From Candidatus Wallbacteria bacterium (GTDB lineage: Bacteria; Muiribacteriota; UBA9980), in assembly GCA_022703765.1 (NCBI GenBank), contig JAKJHQ010000001.1:145854-209853 (forward strand): 64,000 nucleotides of DNA. The letters are read 5' to 3'. A program made the position numbers and the translations under genes. Of this stretch, positions 28,703-37,943 are shown in pieces (position 1 is the first letter of the stretch; each line of letters begins with the position of its first letter). Below the pieces are notes generated by a model, which saw only the letters and a list, made by a program, of their open reading frames with translations, was not told where the DNA came from and ran no database searches.

Positions 28703-29019
28703 CCTTTAACATTTTATTTCGCTCATAAAATCAGCATAAAAACGTATGATCGAATCACGATGACTGAATTTTAATCAACAAAATGTGTTTTAATTCATAC
28801 TCTTCAGTATTGCGTTTTTGACGATAAACATAGTATAAGCGTTTTATTTACAGGTGTTTTGCAATTATGGCATGTTAATTGCCTAATAAAATGCAGAAGC
28901 GCAAATTATCGAGAATGCAGAATAAAATCCACTATATACACCTGAAGTAATACGCTGAAAATTTTTATCGGTTAAAAGCGATTGATCGAATCAACCGCAA
29001 AGAAAGAGAGTGAAATTAA

Positions 29020-29580
29020 ATGTTCAATTATATCAATTACAATGTTTTAAATGCGATCCTAATGGCGGCAGTTTTATTTAACGCCATGATGGTTTATACT
29101 TCCAGCGCCGCCGCTGAAACTTTAAGCAAAATTAGAAACGGAATGCCGGCCCTTTACTTTACCTATAGCGGCGAAAACCAAAAATACAGCCACTTCACGG
29201 CCGAAGGCAGCCTTGTGGCCGGCCGGAACGCCAGAATCGTTTACGACGTTAAAAGAAAAGATGTTTTATTTAAAAATAACTCCGTCGTTTATATGAGATA
29301 TTCCTTTGATTTCTGGCAAACCTGCCAGGACGTGGAATTAAAGCGCTCCGCTTCCGGCGGCCTCGAAACGGTAATAAAGTTGCCGGCTAACGTAAGCACC
29401 ATACAGATAGCCTTTTTCGCGGCTTACCCCTACGACAATTACAGGGCATGGGGCTTTATATGGGATTCTAATTACGGTAAAAATTTCAGCGCTAACATCA
29501 TATCCGTAAAAGAACTCGAAGATAAGAAAAAATTCGAAAGTTTAAACGGCGCCGCGGAAAAATTTACGGAGAATATTTAA
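29020..29580 (+). CDS. Hypothetical membrane-anchored or secreted protein
   Basis: N-terminal hydrophobic segment and RBS GAGTGA. No recognisable domain. Confidence 0.5.
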   Translation: MFNYINYNVLNAILMAAVLFNAMMVYTSSAAAETLSKIRNGMPALYFTYSGENQKYSHFTAEGSLVAGRNARIVYDVKRKDVLFKNNSVVYMRYSFDFWQTCQDVELKRSASGGLETVIKLPANVSTIQIAFFAAYPYDNYRAWGFIWDSNYGKNFSANIISVKELEDKKKFESLNGAAEKFTENI

Positions 29581-30128
29581 TGGCTCTAAAAAGGCTATTT
29601 ATCGCTAGCTTTGTCGATTCAAAACTTCTCGCCGATTTTTATAAAAATATCAAAACCGATTTTAAAAACGCGGTCGGCGGAAAATGGGTTGACGAAAATA
29701 ATCTGCACATTACGCATAAATTTCTCGGCGATGTCGAAGAAAATAAAATAGCGTCTATTAAAGAAGCTTTAATGCCGGAGATAGACCGCGCGCATGAATG
29801 CGAACTATATTTCAGCGGCCCTGATACTTTCAGTTTGAAAAATCCAAGAATTTTATTTATTAAAGCCGAAGATAAAAAAAATACGCTTGCCGGATTAAAT
29901 TCGGCCTGTGAACGCGCGATGGTTAAAGCGGGCTTTCCGCCCGAAGACAAGCCCTTTAATCCTCATATAACCATCATGCGCATGAAAAGCGTCAACGCAA
30001 ATGTTTTTTGCGAGCTTATAAATAAGCGCCGGGCTGAAACATTTAAGAAAGGCCCGCAGCGCGAAATCAAGCTGAGCCTTATAGAAAGCCTTCTAACCCC
30101 CGCCGGGCCGGTTTATAAAATAATCTGA
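29580..30128 (+). CDS. 2H phosphoesterase (LigT/ThpR-like RNA 2',3'-cyclic phosphodiesterase)
   Basis: Two H-x-T/S-x motifs, HITHKF and HITIMR. The start overlaps the upstream stop. Confidence 0.75.
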   Translation: MALKRLFIASFVDSKLLADFYKNIKTDFKNAVGGKWVDENNLHITHKFLGDVEENKIASIKEALMPEIDRAHECELYFSGPDTFSLKNPRILFIKAEDKKNTLAGLNSACERAMVKAGFPPEDKPFNPHITIMRMKSVNANVFCELINKRRAETFKKGPQREIKLSLIESLLTPAGPVYKII

Positions 30129-30175
30129 CGTTCAGGCCGCGCTGCTAAGTAAAAAAATTTAATCAATACATAAAG

Positions 30176-30213
30176 AAAGACCGCCGGAAATTAATCCGGC
30201 GGCTTTTTTATTT
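30176..30213. terminator. Bidirectional rho-independent terminator between convergent genes
   Basis: CCGCCGGAAATTAATCCGGCGG hairpin with an A-run upstream and a T-run downstream. Confidence 0.5.
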
Positions 30214-30241
30214 TACTCGATATATAAACTTTATAAGGCTC

Positions 30242-30853
30242 TTATTTCATAAGTTTTATAGTATTCAATCCAGATTCGAAACCGGCGATTTTATAATTCA
30301 ATTCAGGTTTATAGAGCTCGATTCCCGAAATGATAGTAGCGATATTATTTAAAGCGGTTTCTTTAACATGCGCGGTTTTTTCTTCCCTGACGCCGCTTAA
30401 TATCGAATCCCCGAAAACGTATATTACGTTGGCATATTTTTCATAATTCACGGACTTCGCCGAAGCCAGATCGTCGTTTGAAAACAAAGAATATGCGCGG
30501 TTTTTCAGACTCATCTGTTCGTTTTCGATATTTTTCAAAGCGGTGATGGAAGCGTTTTGTTTTTCAATTTCATATAATAAAAAATCGTTGATTTTTATCT
30601 GGGTCTGCCTGTGATATTTGGAGATAACGACGTGAAAAAACTCCACCATGCCGTTAATGCCGTTTATTTTAACGTATTCCACTTTTTCGACCCTTACTTT
30701 TACGCTCGGGCTTTCATATAGTTCGGAAAAATTTTTGTAACAGTGCGACATGGCTATTTTAGCGGCGTCTTCTTCGCAGATATTCGCGAAACTCTGGCTG
30801 GAACTCAAAAGGACTATTAAAAGAGAAAAAACTAAAAATCTGAATTTAAACAT
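30242..30853 (-). CDS. Hypothetical secreted protein
   Basis: Signal peptide MFKFRFLVFSLLIVLLSSSQSFA. No recognisable domain. Confidence 0.55.
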   Translation of the reverse strand: MFKFRFLVFSLLIVLLSSSQSFANICEEDAAKIAMSHCYKNFSELYESPSVKVRVEKVEYVKINGINGMVEFFHVVISKYHRQTQIKINDFLLYEIEKQNASITALKNIENEQMSLKNRAYSLFSNDDLASAKSVNYEKYANVIYVFGDSILSGVREEKTAHVKETALNNIATIISGIELYKPELNYKIAGFESGLNTIKLMK

Positions 30854-30966
30854 AAAATCTCAACCCCTCTTATTTTTATATATAAGAGTAGTATCGAAAA
30901 TTTTTTTTGAAAATTTAGCGAAAATCGAAAAAAATATTAAATAAAAATTTGCTTTGCGTCAATCAA

Positions 30967-33702
30967 TTACTGGCCGCAGTGCCTTTTTAAAGCCTCCATA
31001 AGCGTAGATTTTTTTATCGGCTTGGCCAGGTAATCGGTGCAGCCCGAATCAAGGCTCTTTTGAACGTCTTCCTTGAAAGCGAAAGCCGTTAAAGCTATAA
31101 TAGGTTTAGGCGGCCTGCCGTTTTCCGCTTCGAATTCCCTGATCAGTTTTGTAGAAGTATATCCGTCCATAACCGGCATCTGCATATCCATAAATACCAG
31201 ATCGTAATCGCCGCTTTTATATTTTTCAAGCGCCGCCAAACCGTTTTCGGCAACGTCAAGAACGTGCGAAGTGTTTTTAAAATATGCCTGCACCAGCATT
31301 TTATTGGTTTCTGAATCTTCGGCCAGTAATATCTTCAAAGGCCTTATTTCCGGCGTTTCTTTATCCTGGCGGACATTATAGAACGCCCTGGCGTCAAGGT
31401 CGGCCACTTTTCTTTTCTTAAGCGACGTATATAAAGTTTCAAACAGCGCCGAATATTTTACGGGCTTAATTATATAAAATTCTATCTCGTGATTTTTAAG
31501 CAGCGTTATTTCATCGCTCAATTCGTCCGTAGTAAGCATTAATATTATTATCCTGGATAATTCGTTATGTTTTTTTAAATAATATATTTCTTCTTTGTTG
31601 TCCTTAAAAATATGATTATCTACAAAAACGAAATGATATGCCTGCCCGGAAGAAGCGGCCGACTTAAGAGCCTGCATGCCGGCGTATATATTTTGCGTAC
31701 AATCTACGGCCGCGCCAAGAACTTCGAGCGTGGATTTTATGAAAGCCGCGCTCGAAGTGTTATGATCTATTATAAGAGATCTTAAACCGTTTAATTTGAA
31801 TTCCGCCGTCGAAGATATGGTGTTCGAATCCTTCGCCGCGCCGAAACAAGCCGTAAAGAAAAACTCGCTGCCGCTTCCCGGAACGCTTTTCACCCATATT
31901 TCGCCCTGCATCATCTCCACGAGCCTCTTTGAAATAGAAAGGCCGAGCCCGCTGCCTCCGTGCTTGCGGGTAGTCGAAGAGTCGGCCTGCGTGAATTCGT
32001 TAAAAATATTCTCCAGCTTTTCTTCGGAAATGCCTATGCCGGTATCCAGTATTGAAAATATCAATTTATACCCTTTTGTTAAATCTTTCTGCGTTTTAAC
32101 CTTGAATACTATTTCGCCCGATTCCGTAAATTTAATCGCGTTTCCGACCAGATTTATTATAATCTGCCTGAGCCGCAGCGGATCGCCCGTCAGGTTCAAT
32201 TTAACGTCGAAATCAATAAAATACAATAATTCCAGGCCTTTTTCATGCGCCTTTATGGACAGGACCTCGAAAGCTTTTTCTATGAGCTCGAGCAGGTTGA
32301 ATTCGATACTTTCCAGCTCGAGATGGCCCGATTCGATTTTGGATATGTCGAGTATATCGTTTATCAGGTCTAGAAGGGACTGGCCGGCTGTCCGGAATAT
32401 CTGCACGTATTTCTGCTGCTCTTCCGTGAGCGCGGTATCCCATAAAAGCTCGGCCATACCTATTATGGCGTTAAGCGGAGTCCTTATCTCGTGGCTCATC
32501 CCGGCCAGAAAATCGCTTTTCGCGCGGTTCGCCTCGTCGGCGGCGCGTTCGGCCAGCTTTCGCTCGGTAATGTTCTCATGCGAAACCACTACCCTGATCG
32601 TACCGGATGACGCGAACCTGGTAATATTTACCATAAACCACATTTTTTCGCGCGTAAAATCGCTCTGATATTCAGTTCTGTAATTATTTATTTCGCCTTT
32701 AATTATTTTATTTATATTTTCGGCCACCAGGCCGGCCGTTTCCACACCGTCGCGCGCCGCTCTGAGGCAGACGTCCAGGTAGTTGACCCCTATCCATGAA
32801 AACAGCGCGTCGTTTTGATGCGCGAAATTTTTCCACGCCGTATTAGCGTGCACTATAACGCCTTTTTCATCGAGTATCACAATATTAGCCGTCAGAGAGT
32901 CTATTACGTTTTTTAAAAATTCCCTTGATTTCTGGAGCTCTTTTCCGCTTTTGACCGCTTCGCTTATGTCCCTTATTACGCCTACTATTTCAATTAAAGC
33001 GCCGCTTTCGTTTTTTGCCGCGGTAAGAGAAAGGCTGGCCGGAAACTCCCTGCCGTCTTTTTTTATGCTGCTTATATCGCCCTTCCAGCCGGCGTTATAG
33101 TCTTTTAAAAACATTTCTTTAACGCGCTCGGCTTCGCAGGCGTCGGCGAATATTAATTCAAAAGCGTCGACGCCCGTGATTTCATTTTCGCGAAAGCCGT
33201 ATGAATCGCAAAACGCTTTGTTGGCGAATAAAATGCCGCAGTGCTGGTCGAAAATAAATACGCAGTCGCTGATAGTCGCTACGGCGTGGGAAACCATCCT
33301 GGATTTTTTTTCCGACAGCTTTTTGTTTATAGCGCGTTCTATGCTTAAAGGCAGGACTTTTATATAATTTCTTTCGATGTCTTTTATTAAATATTCGTCG
33401 GCGCCTGACTGAAGGGCCTTAACCGCGACGGCTTCGTCTCCCACGCAAGTAATGAATATGACCGGATAATCCATTATAGATTCCATTAAATCAAATGAAG
33501 TTCCGTCCGGCAGAATATAGTCGGTTATTACCGCGTCATAAAAATTTTTAGATAATAATTCAAAAGCGGCCTTGATAGACGAAACCATATCGAGGCTGAA
33601 ATTGAGATTTTCAGCCTTGATATAGCGTTTGAAAGCTATCTGGTCTATGATGTCGTCTTCGATCATCAATATTTTAAGGGGATTGCCGTTATTGCTCATC
33701 AT
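30967..33702 (-). CDS. Hybrid sensor histidine kinase/response regulator (N-terminal receiver, PAS domains, HisKA-HATPase, degenerate and canonical C-terminal receivers)
   Basis: H-box MSHEIRTPLNAIIGM. Receiver motifs are at the N-terminus (DAVITDYILPDG) and C-terminus (DLVFMDMQMPVMDG). Confidence 0.9.
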   Translation of the reverse strand: MMSNNGNPLKILMIEDDIIDQIAFKRYIKAENLNFSLDMVSSIKAAFELLSKNFYDAVITDYILPDGTSFDLMESIMDYPVIFITCVGDEAVAVKALQSGADEYLIKDIERNYIKVLPLSIERAINKKLSEKKSRMVSHAVATISDCVFIFDQHCGILFANKAFCDSYGFRENEITGVDAFELIFADACEAERVKEMFLKDYNAGWKGDISSIKKDGREFPASLSLTAAKNESGALIEIVGVIRDISEAVKSGKELQKSREFLKNVIDSLTANIVILDEKGVIVHANTAWKNFAHQNDALFSWIGVNYLDVCLRAARDGVETAGLVAENINKIIKGEINNYRTEYQSDFTREKMWFMVNITRFASSGTIRVVVSHENITERKLAERAADEANRAKSDFLAGMSHEIRTPLNAIIGMAELLWDTALTEEQQKYVQIFRTAGQSLLDLINDILDISKIESGHLELESIEFNLLELIEKAFEVLSIKAHEKGLELLYFIDFDVKLNLTGDPLRLRQIIINLVGNAIKFTESGEIVFKVKTQKDLTKGYKLIFSILDTGIGISEEKLENIFNEFTQADSSTTRKHGGSGLGLSISKRLVEMMQGEIWVKSVPGSGSEFFFTACFGAAKDSNTISSTAEFKLNGLRSLIIDHNTSSAAFIKSTLEVLGAAVDCTQNIYAGMQALKSAASSGQAYHFVFVDNHIFKDNKEEIYYLKKHNELSRIIILMLTTDELSDEITLLKNHEIEFYIIKPVKYSALFETLYTSLKKRKVADLDARAFYNVRQDKETPEIRPLKILLAEDSETNKMLVQAYFKNTSHVLDVAENGLAALEKYKSGDYDLVFMDMQMPVMDGYTSTKLIREFEAENGRPPKPIIALTAFAFKEDVQKSLDSGCTDYLAKPIKKSTLMEALKRHCGQ

Positions 33703-33820
33703 AATTTATAAATCTTTTTTTATAATATCATAACTCGATAATTAACACGGGTAAATTATAAAAACAAAAACCCGTAACATCAATTATCGGCAGGCATTTA
33801 TTAATGATGAGCCGCAAAGG

Positions 33821-36800
33821 TTATTTATCGATGAAAAATTCGGAAACGCTCACTTCGTTTTTATATATGTCGATTTGCTCCACCAGTTTTGAATAAAGCG
33901 AAACGCATTCTTCGACGCTGCCGCTCTTGGAGATTATCTCGATTTTTAAAAGCAGGTTCGCGACCCTGAGCGCGCAGGCGTTAAGAGAAGTGCCTTTAAA
34001 TTTATGAGCGGCGCGCTTGATCCTTTCCGGATTTTTTTCATCCAGGGCGTCTTTGACTTCTTTAAGATAAGCGGCGCTGTATTCTAAAAACATATTGACG
34101 GAATCCACGGCGAGTTCTTTAATTCCGCCCATATTAAACATCAGCTTTTCCGGATCGAATATTTTAAGGTCGCTTTCATCGGCAGGCTGGGAAACCAGGC
34201 CTGGTATTTTCGCGGCCGCGCGCTCCAAAGCCGCGTCGTTATGCGAAATATCGCGGGGTTTTTCATCTTTTTGCTCTGCCGGAAAGGCGGGCAAGGATTT
34301 TTTCGCGCCCGCCTTAAGGCTCGTGCGGGCTAATACGGTTTCGATAGTGGCGTTGATTTCCGTAATATTAATCGGCTTGGGAATATAACCGTCCATTCCG
34401 ACCGCCATGCACGCTTCATGATCGCCTTTCATGGCGGACGCCGTCATGGCTATTATAGGTATTTCGTCGCCGCGGCTTCTTATAGCCCTGGTGGCCTCAA
34501 AGCCGTCCATAACGGGCATTTGAATATCCATCAAAATAAGGTCGTACGAATGCTTCAAGCTCATAGACACGGCTTCTTCGCCGTTTACCGCCACGGCTAC
34601 GTTATGGCCGAATTTAATGAGCACCTTTGTCGTAAGCGCGATATTGGAGGGATTGTCTTCGACGAGCAATATATTAAATTTCTTACGGTACGGCGCTTTT
34701 GCAAAAACCGCTCCGCCATGGCCTGAATCGGAATAATTTATGGCGCTTCCCTTTTTCATCCTGAGCGTAAAATAAAAATCGCTTCCCGCCCCTTCCGCGC
34801 TTCTGACTTTTATGCCTTCGGCGCCCATGAGCTTGATTATATGATTGGAAATCGTAAGGCCCAGGCCGGTACCGCCATATTTTCTGGTTATGGAAGTATC
34901 GGACTGCATGAACGACATAAAAATCGTGCCTATTTTACTTTCCGGTATTCCGATCCCTTCGTCTGAAACCATAAATTTCACATCGGCCGTTTCAGGCGTT
35001 TCGGACTCCAGAGATATTATTATCTTGACGTTTTTAGTGGTTTCGGTAAATTTAATCGCGTTATCCACGAGGTTTAAAAGCACCTGCCTGAGCCTGGTGG
35101 GGTCAGAAAAAACCCTGAAATTTATGGCGGAATCGAGCATATATGTGAATCTTATGCCTTTTTTTGCCGCATTAACGCGGGTAATGCCTATGACCTGGTC
35201 TAAAATGGAGTTCAGCTCGAATTCCGCGTTATCTATTTCAAGTTTTCCGGCCTCGATTTTTGAAAGGTCGAGTATGTCGTTGATTAAAGAAAGCAGCGCG
35301 CCGGAGCTTGTTTTAACATATTCAAGCAGCTCCTGCTGCTCTTCGTTTAAAGCCGTCGAAGAAAGCATATCGGTAAATCCTATTATGCTGTTCATCGGAG
35401 TCCGTATCTCATGGCTCATATTGGCCAAAAACCGGCTTTTGGCTGTGCTGGCGTCTTCGGCGGCCACACGGGCCTCGTCGGCTTCGAGTTTGGATTTTTT
35501 CAGTTCCTCTTCGATCGATTTTTTTATGCCTATATCTTCTTTAAGGGCTACGAAATGAGTTATAAGGCCTTCGTCTCCCACGATAGGAGTTATAGAAGCG
35601 GATTCCCAATAAAGTTCGCCGTTTTTCCTTTTGTTGCGGAACTCCCCTCTCCACTCCATTCCGGATTTAATGGTCCGCCAGAGGTTGGAATAATAATCCG
35701 CGCCATGAAAACCTGATTTTAAAAATCGCGGAGTTTGCCCGACGGCCTCTTCGAGACTGTATTGAGTTAAATCGACGAATTTTTGATTCACGTATTCGAT
35801 CACGCCTTCTGAATCGGTTATGATAACCGCTGCAGGACTCTGTTCTACGGCCATGGAAAGTTTTCTTATTTTTTCTTCGGACTGCTTGCGCAGAGTAATA
35901 TCTTCAAACGCGAGTATAGTTCTGTACGTTTCCGGCCATTCAAAAAGGCGCGGGGTAACGCGGAAATAGCCGTCGCCAATCTTCACTTCACGCGATACGT
36001 CGAGACTTTTAGCGAGCATCGTTTCTTCTATAAGCGTTTCGATAATTGTGGCGGCCTGGGCTAACGCCCCATCGCCATGAACGCCTTTTACTGCTTCATT
36101 GCACAATTCGAAATAATTCATCCCGACGCGGCAATCCGGCCCCAGCAGATAACAGCCGGCTTTCTGCCGCTTCCATGAATCGTTCAACTGCACTATCATT
36201 CCGTTTTCATCCAGAATGGCTATGGATATATGCAGAGTATTGAATATTGATTTTAAAAATTGGTGGGACTCGCTTAAAGATTTTTCAAATAGTTTCTGGC
36301 TGGTGACGTCGTTTATCATCACGACGAAATATCCGTGAGCGGGGCTGAAATAATTAATTTTAAGCCATTTATCGATGCACGAAAAATATTTCACGCTGTG
36401 CGCGGGCTCGCTCAAAGTATTCACGGCGCATAAAAGAGGCGCTATATCTTCGGAGAGTTCCCTCAGGCGCGGAATAGCTTCGGCAAAATCGCAGTTGAGT
36501 ATTTCTTCGGCTTTAACGTTAAATAATTCTTCAAACGCGTCATTGACTTCGAGTATTTCGAACTTCATCGAGCTTTTATCGGTACGGCTAAAACTCTTGC
36601 AGTACGCGAAGGCTTCCGACATATTTTTGAAAAGCTGCCTGTATCTTTGCTCGGAATTATATAGTTCTTTATAAACCCTGTTTCTTTCGGTTATATCTAT
36701 TATGGCCGACTGAATATAAATTTTTTCCTGGACCGGCACTATATTAGTATAAACCTCTACGTCGCGGATATCGCCGGACGCCAGGCGGTGCCTGAAATAA

Positions 36801-37039
36801 AAAACCTGCGGACCGGTTTTGGCCTTTATAGCGGCTTTTTTAACCTGATCCTCCGAAAGAGTGTTAATCTGGCTGACTTTCATATTCAACAAATCGTCGC
36901 CATATCCGTAAAACTTAACGGCGGCGCCGTTTGCGTCGACAATTCTAAGGCTTTCCGGATCGGTCATTATTTTAGGTATCGATTCGTTATAAAAAAACTG
37001 GATATATAAGTCGTCTTTGATCAGATGATTTTCTTTCAT
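33821..37039 (-). CDS. Hybrid sensor histidine kinase (multiple PAS, HisKA-HATPase, two receivers, C-terminal Hpt)
   Basis: H-box MSHEIRTPMNSIIGF, receiver DLILMDIQMPVMDG, and a C-terminal Hpt region (HKFKGTSLN). The product is 1072 aa. Confidence 0.9.
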   Translation of the reverse strand: MKENHLIKDDLYIQFFYNESIPKIMTDPESLRIVDANGAAVKFYGYGDDLLNMKVSQINTLSEDQVKKAAIKAKTGPQVFYFRHRLASGDIRDVEVYTNIVPVQEKIYIQSAIIDITERNRVYKELYNSEQRYRQLFKNMSEAFAYCKSFSRTDKSSMKFEILEVNDAFEELFNVKAEEILNCDFAEAIPRLRELSEDIAPLLCAVNTLSEPAHSVKYFSCIDKWLKINYFSPAHGYFVVMINDVTSQKLFEKSLSESHQFLKSIFNTLHISIAILDENGMIVQLNDSWKRQKAGCYLLGPDCRVGMNYFELCNEAVKGVHGDGALAQAATIIETLIEETMLAKSLDVSREVKIGDGYFRVTPRLFEWPETYRTILAFEDITLRKQSEEKIRKLSMAVEQSPAAVIITDSEGVIEYVNQKFVDLTQYSLEEAVGQTPRFLKSGFHGADYYSNLWRTIKSGMEWRGEFRNKRKNGELYWESASITPIVGDEGLITHFVALKEDIGIKKSIEEELKKSKLEADEARVAAEDASTAKSRFLANMSHEIRTPMNSIIGFTDMLSSTALNEEQQELLEYVKTSSGALLSLINDILDLSKIEAGKLEIDNAEFELNSILDQVIGITRVNAAKKGIRFTYMLDSAINFRVFSDPTRLRQVLLNLVDNAIKFTETTKNVKIIISLESETPETADVKFMVSDEGIGIPESKIGTIFMSFMQSDTSITRKYGGTGLGLTISNHIIKLMGAEGIKVRSAEGAGSDFYFTLRMKKGSAINYSDSGHGGAVFAKAPYRKKFNILLVEDNPSNIALTTKVLIKFGHNVAVAVNGEEAVSMSLKHSYDLILMDIQMPVMDGFEATRAIRSRGDEIPIIAMTASAMKGDHEACMAVGMDGYIPKPINITEINATIETVLARTSLKAGAKKSLPAFPAEQKDEKPRDISHNDAALERAAAKIPGLVSQPADESDLKIFDPEKLMFNMGGIKELAVDSVNMFLEYSAAYLKEVKDALDEKNPERIKRAAHKFKGTSLNACALRVANLLLKIEIISKSGSVEECVSLYSKLVEQIDIYKNEVSVSEFFIDK

Positions 37040-37110
37040 TTCTATCCCGCGTCAATATTTATTTGGCAGCTTAACGCTCGGCAGGCGCGTAAAATACGCG
37101 CTTTTTTTTA

Positions 37111-37881
37111 TCAATATTTAACTTTGTACAAATATAGGCCGGAAGGCGGCGCAGTTACGTAAATGGACCTCATTTTATAATCCGACATTATTTTTTTCGC
37201 CGTATCCATATCGAAACGGCCCGTAGAATAATCCATCAAAAAGCCTATCAGGCGCCTCACCATTTTATATAAAAATCCCCGGGCTTTTATTATAAAAACT
37301 ATCATCGAGCGCCTTCTTAATTTATAAAACCTGAAAAAAAATATATTTTTATAATACGATTCCAGATTAAGCGTATCTATTTCGCCGTCGCAGAAAGGGG
37401 CGCAGAAAACTTCGCCCTTTATTAGCGAGATCAATTCCTTCAGCCGGCCGAAATCTATCTTCTTATTCATCTGCCATGCGTATCTTGGCGTGAACGCGTC
37501 CGGCGGGCCGTATTTCACGACGTAAACGTAGGATTTAACCTTCGCGCAGCCGCGGGCGTGAAAATCGCCGTCCACGATATCGACGTTTCTTACCACTATG
37601 GCAGGGCCGAGTTTATTGTTTAAAAGCTTTTTAAGCCCCGCCGGCGGTATTTTAAGCTCAAAATCCTCTCCCAGATTAACGCTTACGATCTGGCCAAGGG
37701 CGTGCACTCCGCTGTCGGTGCGGCCGGAGCCTTTGGTATCGAAGTGACGCCCCAGTATTTTATCCAGGGCCGCCTCTATCCTTCCCTGCACCGACGGCGT
37801 CGTGTCTTCATTGCCCGTCTGCTTTTGAAAGCCGTAATAATCGCTTCCGTCGTATTCAACCTTTAAAACAATGGTTTTCAT
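37111..37881 (-). CDS. truA: tRNA pseudouridine(38-40) synthase TruA
   Basis: Catalytic Asp motif RTDSGVHA, and length and layout typical of TruA. Confidence 0.85.
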   Translation of the reverse strand: MKTIVLKVEYDGSDYYGFQKQTGNEDTTPSVQGRIEAALDKILGRHFDTKGSGRTDSGVHALGQIVSVNLGEDFELKIPPAGLKKLLNNKLGPAIVVRNVDIVDGDFHARGCAKVKSYVYVVKYGPPDAFTPRYAWQMNKKIDFGRLKELISLIKGEVFCAPFCDGEIDTLNLESYYKNIFFFRFYKLRRRSMIVFIIKARGFLYKMVRRLIGFLMDYSTGRFDMDTAKKIMSDYKMRSIYVTAPPSGLYLYKVKY

Positions 37882-37943
37882 TAAAAGGAACCGCTTTCTT
37901 CTTTAAATAGTATATTCCGTTTTTTTTATATTCACGCCGCGCG

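Noticed and set aside
28703-29019. The 317-bp AT-rich intergenic region with two copies of GATCGAATCA
   Set aside because: A single short duplicated 10-mer in AT-rich DNA is insufficient to call a regulatory element.
31796-32668. 290-aa plus-strand ORF
   Set aside because: It lies antisense inside the 911-aa hybrid histidine kinase and is Ser-rich with no motifs.
34845-35558. 237-aa plus-strand ORF
   Set aside because: It lies antisense inside the 1072-aa hybrid histidine kinase.
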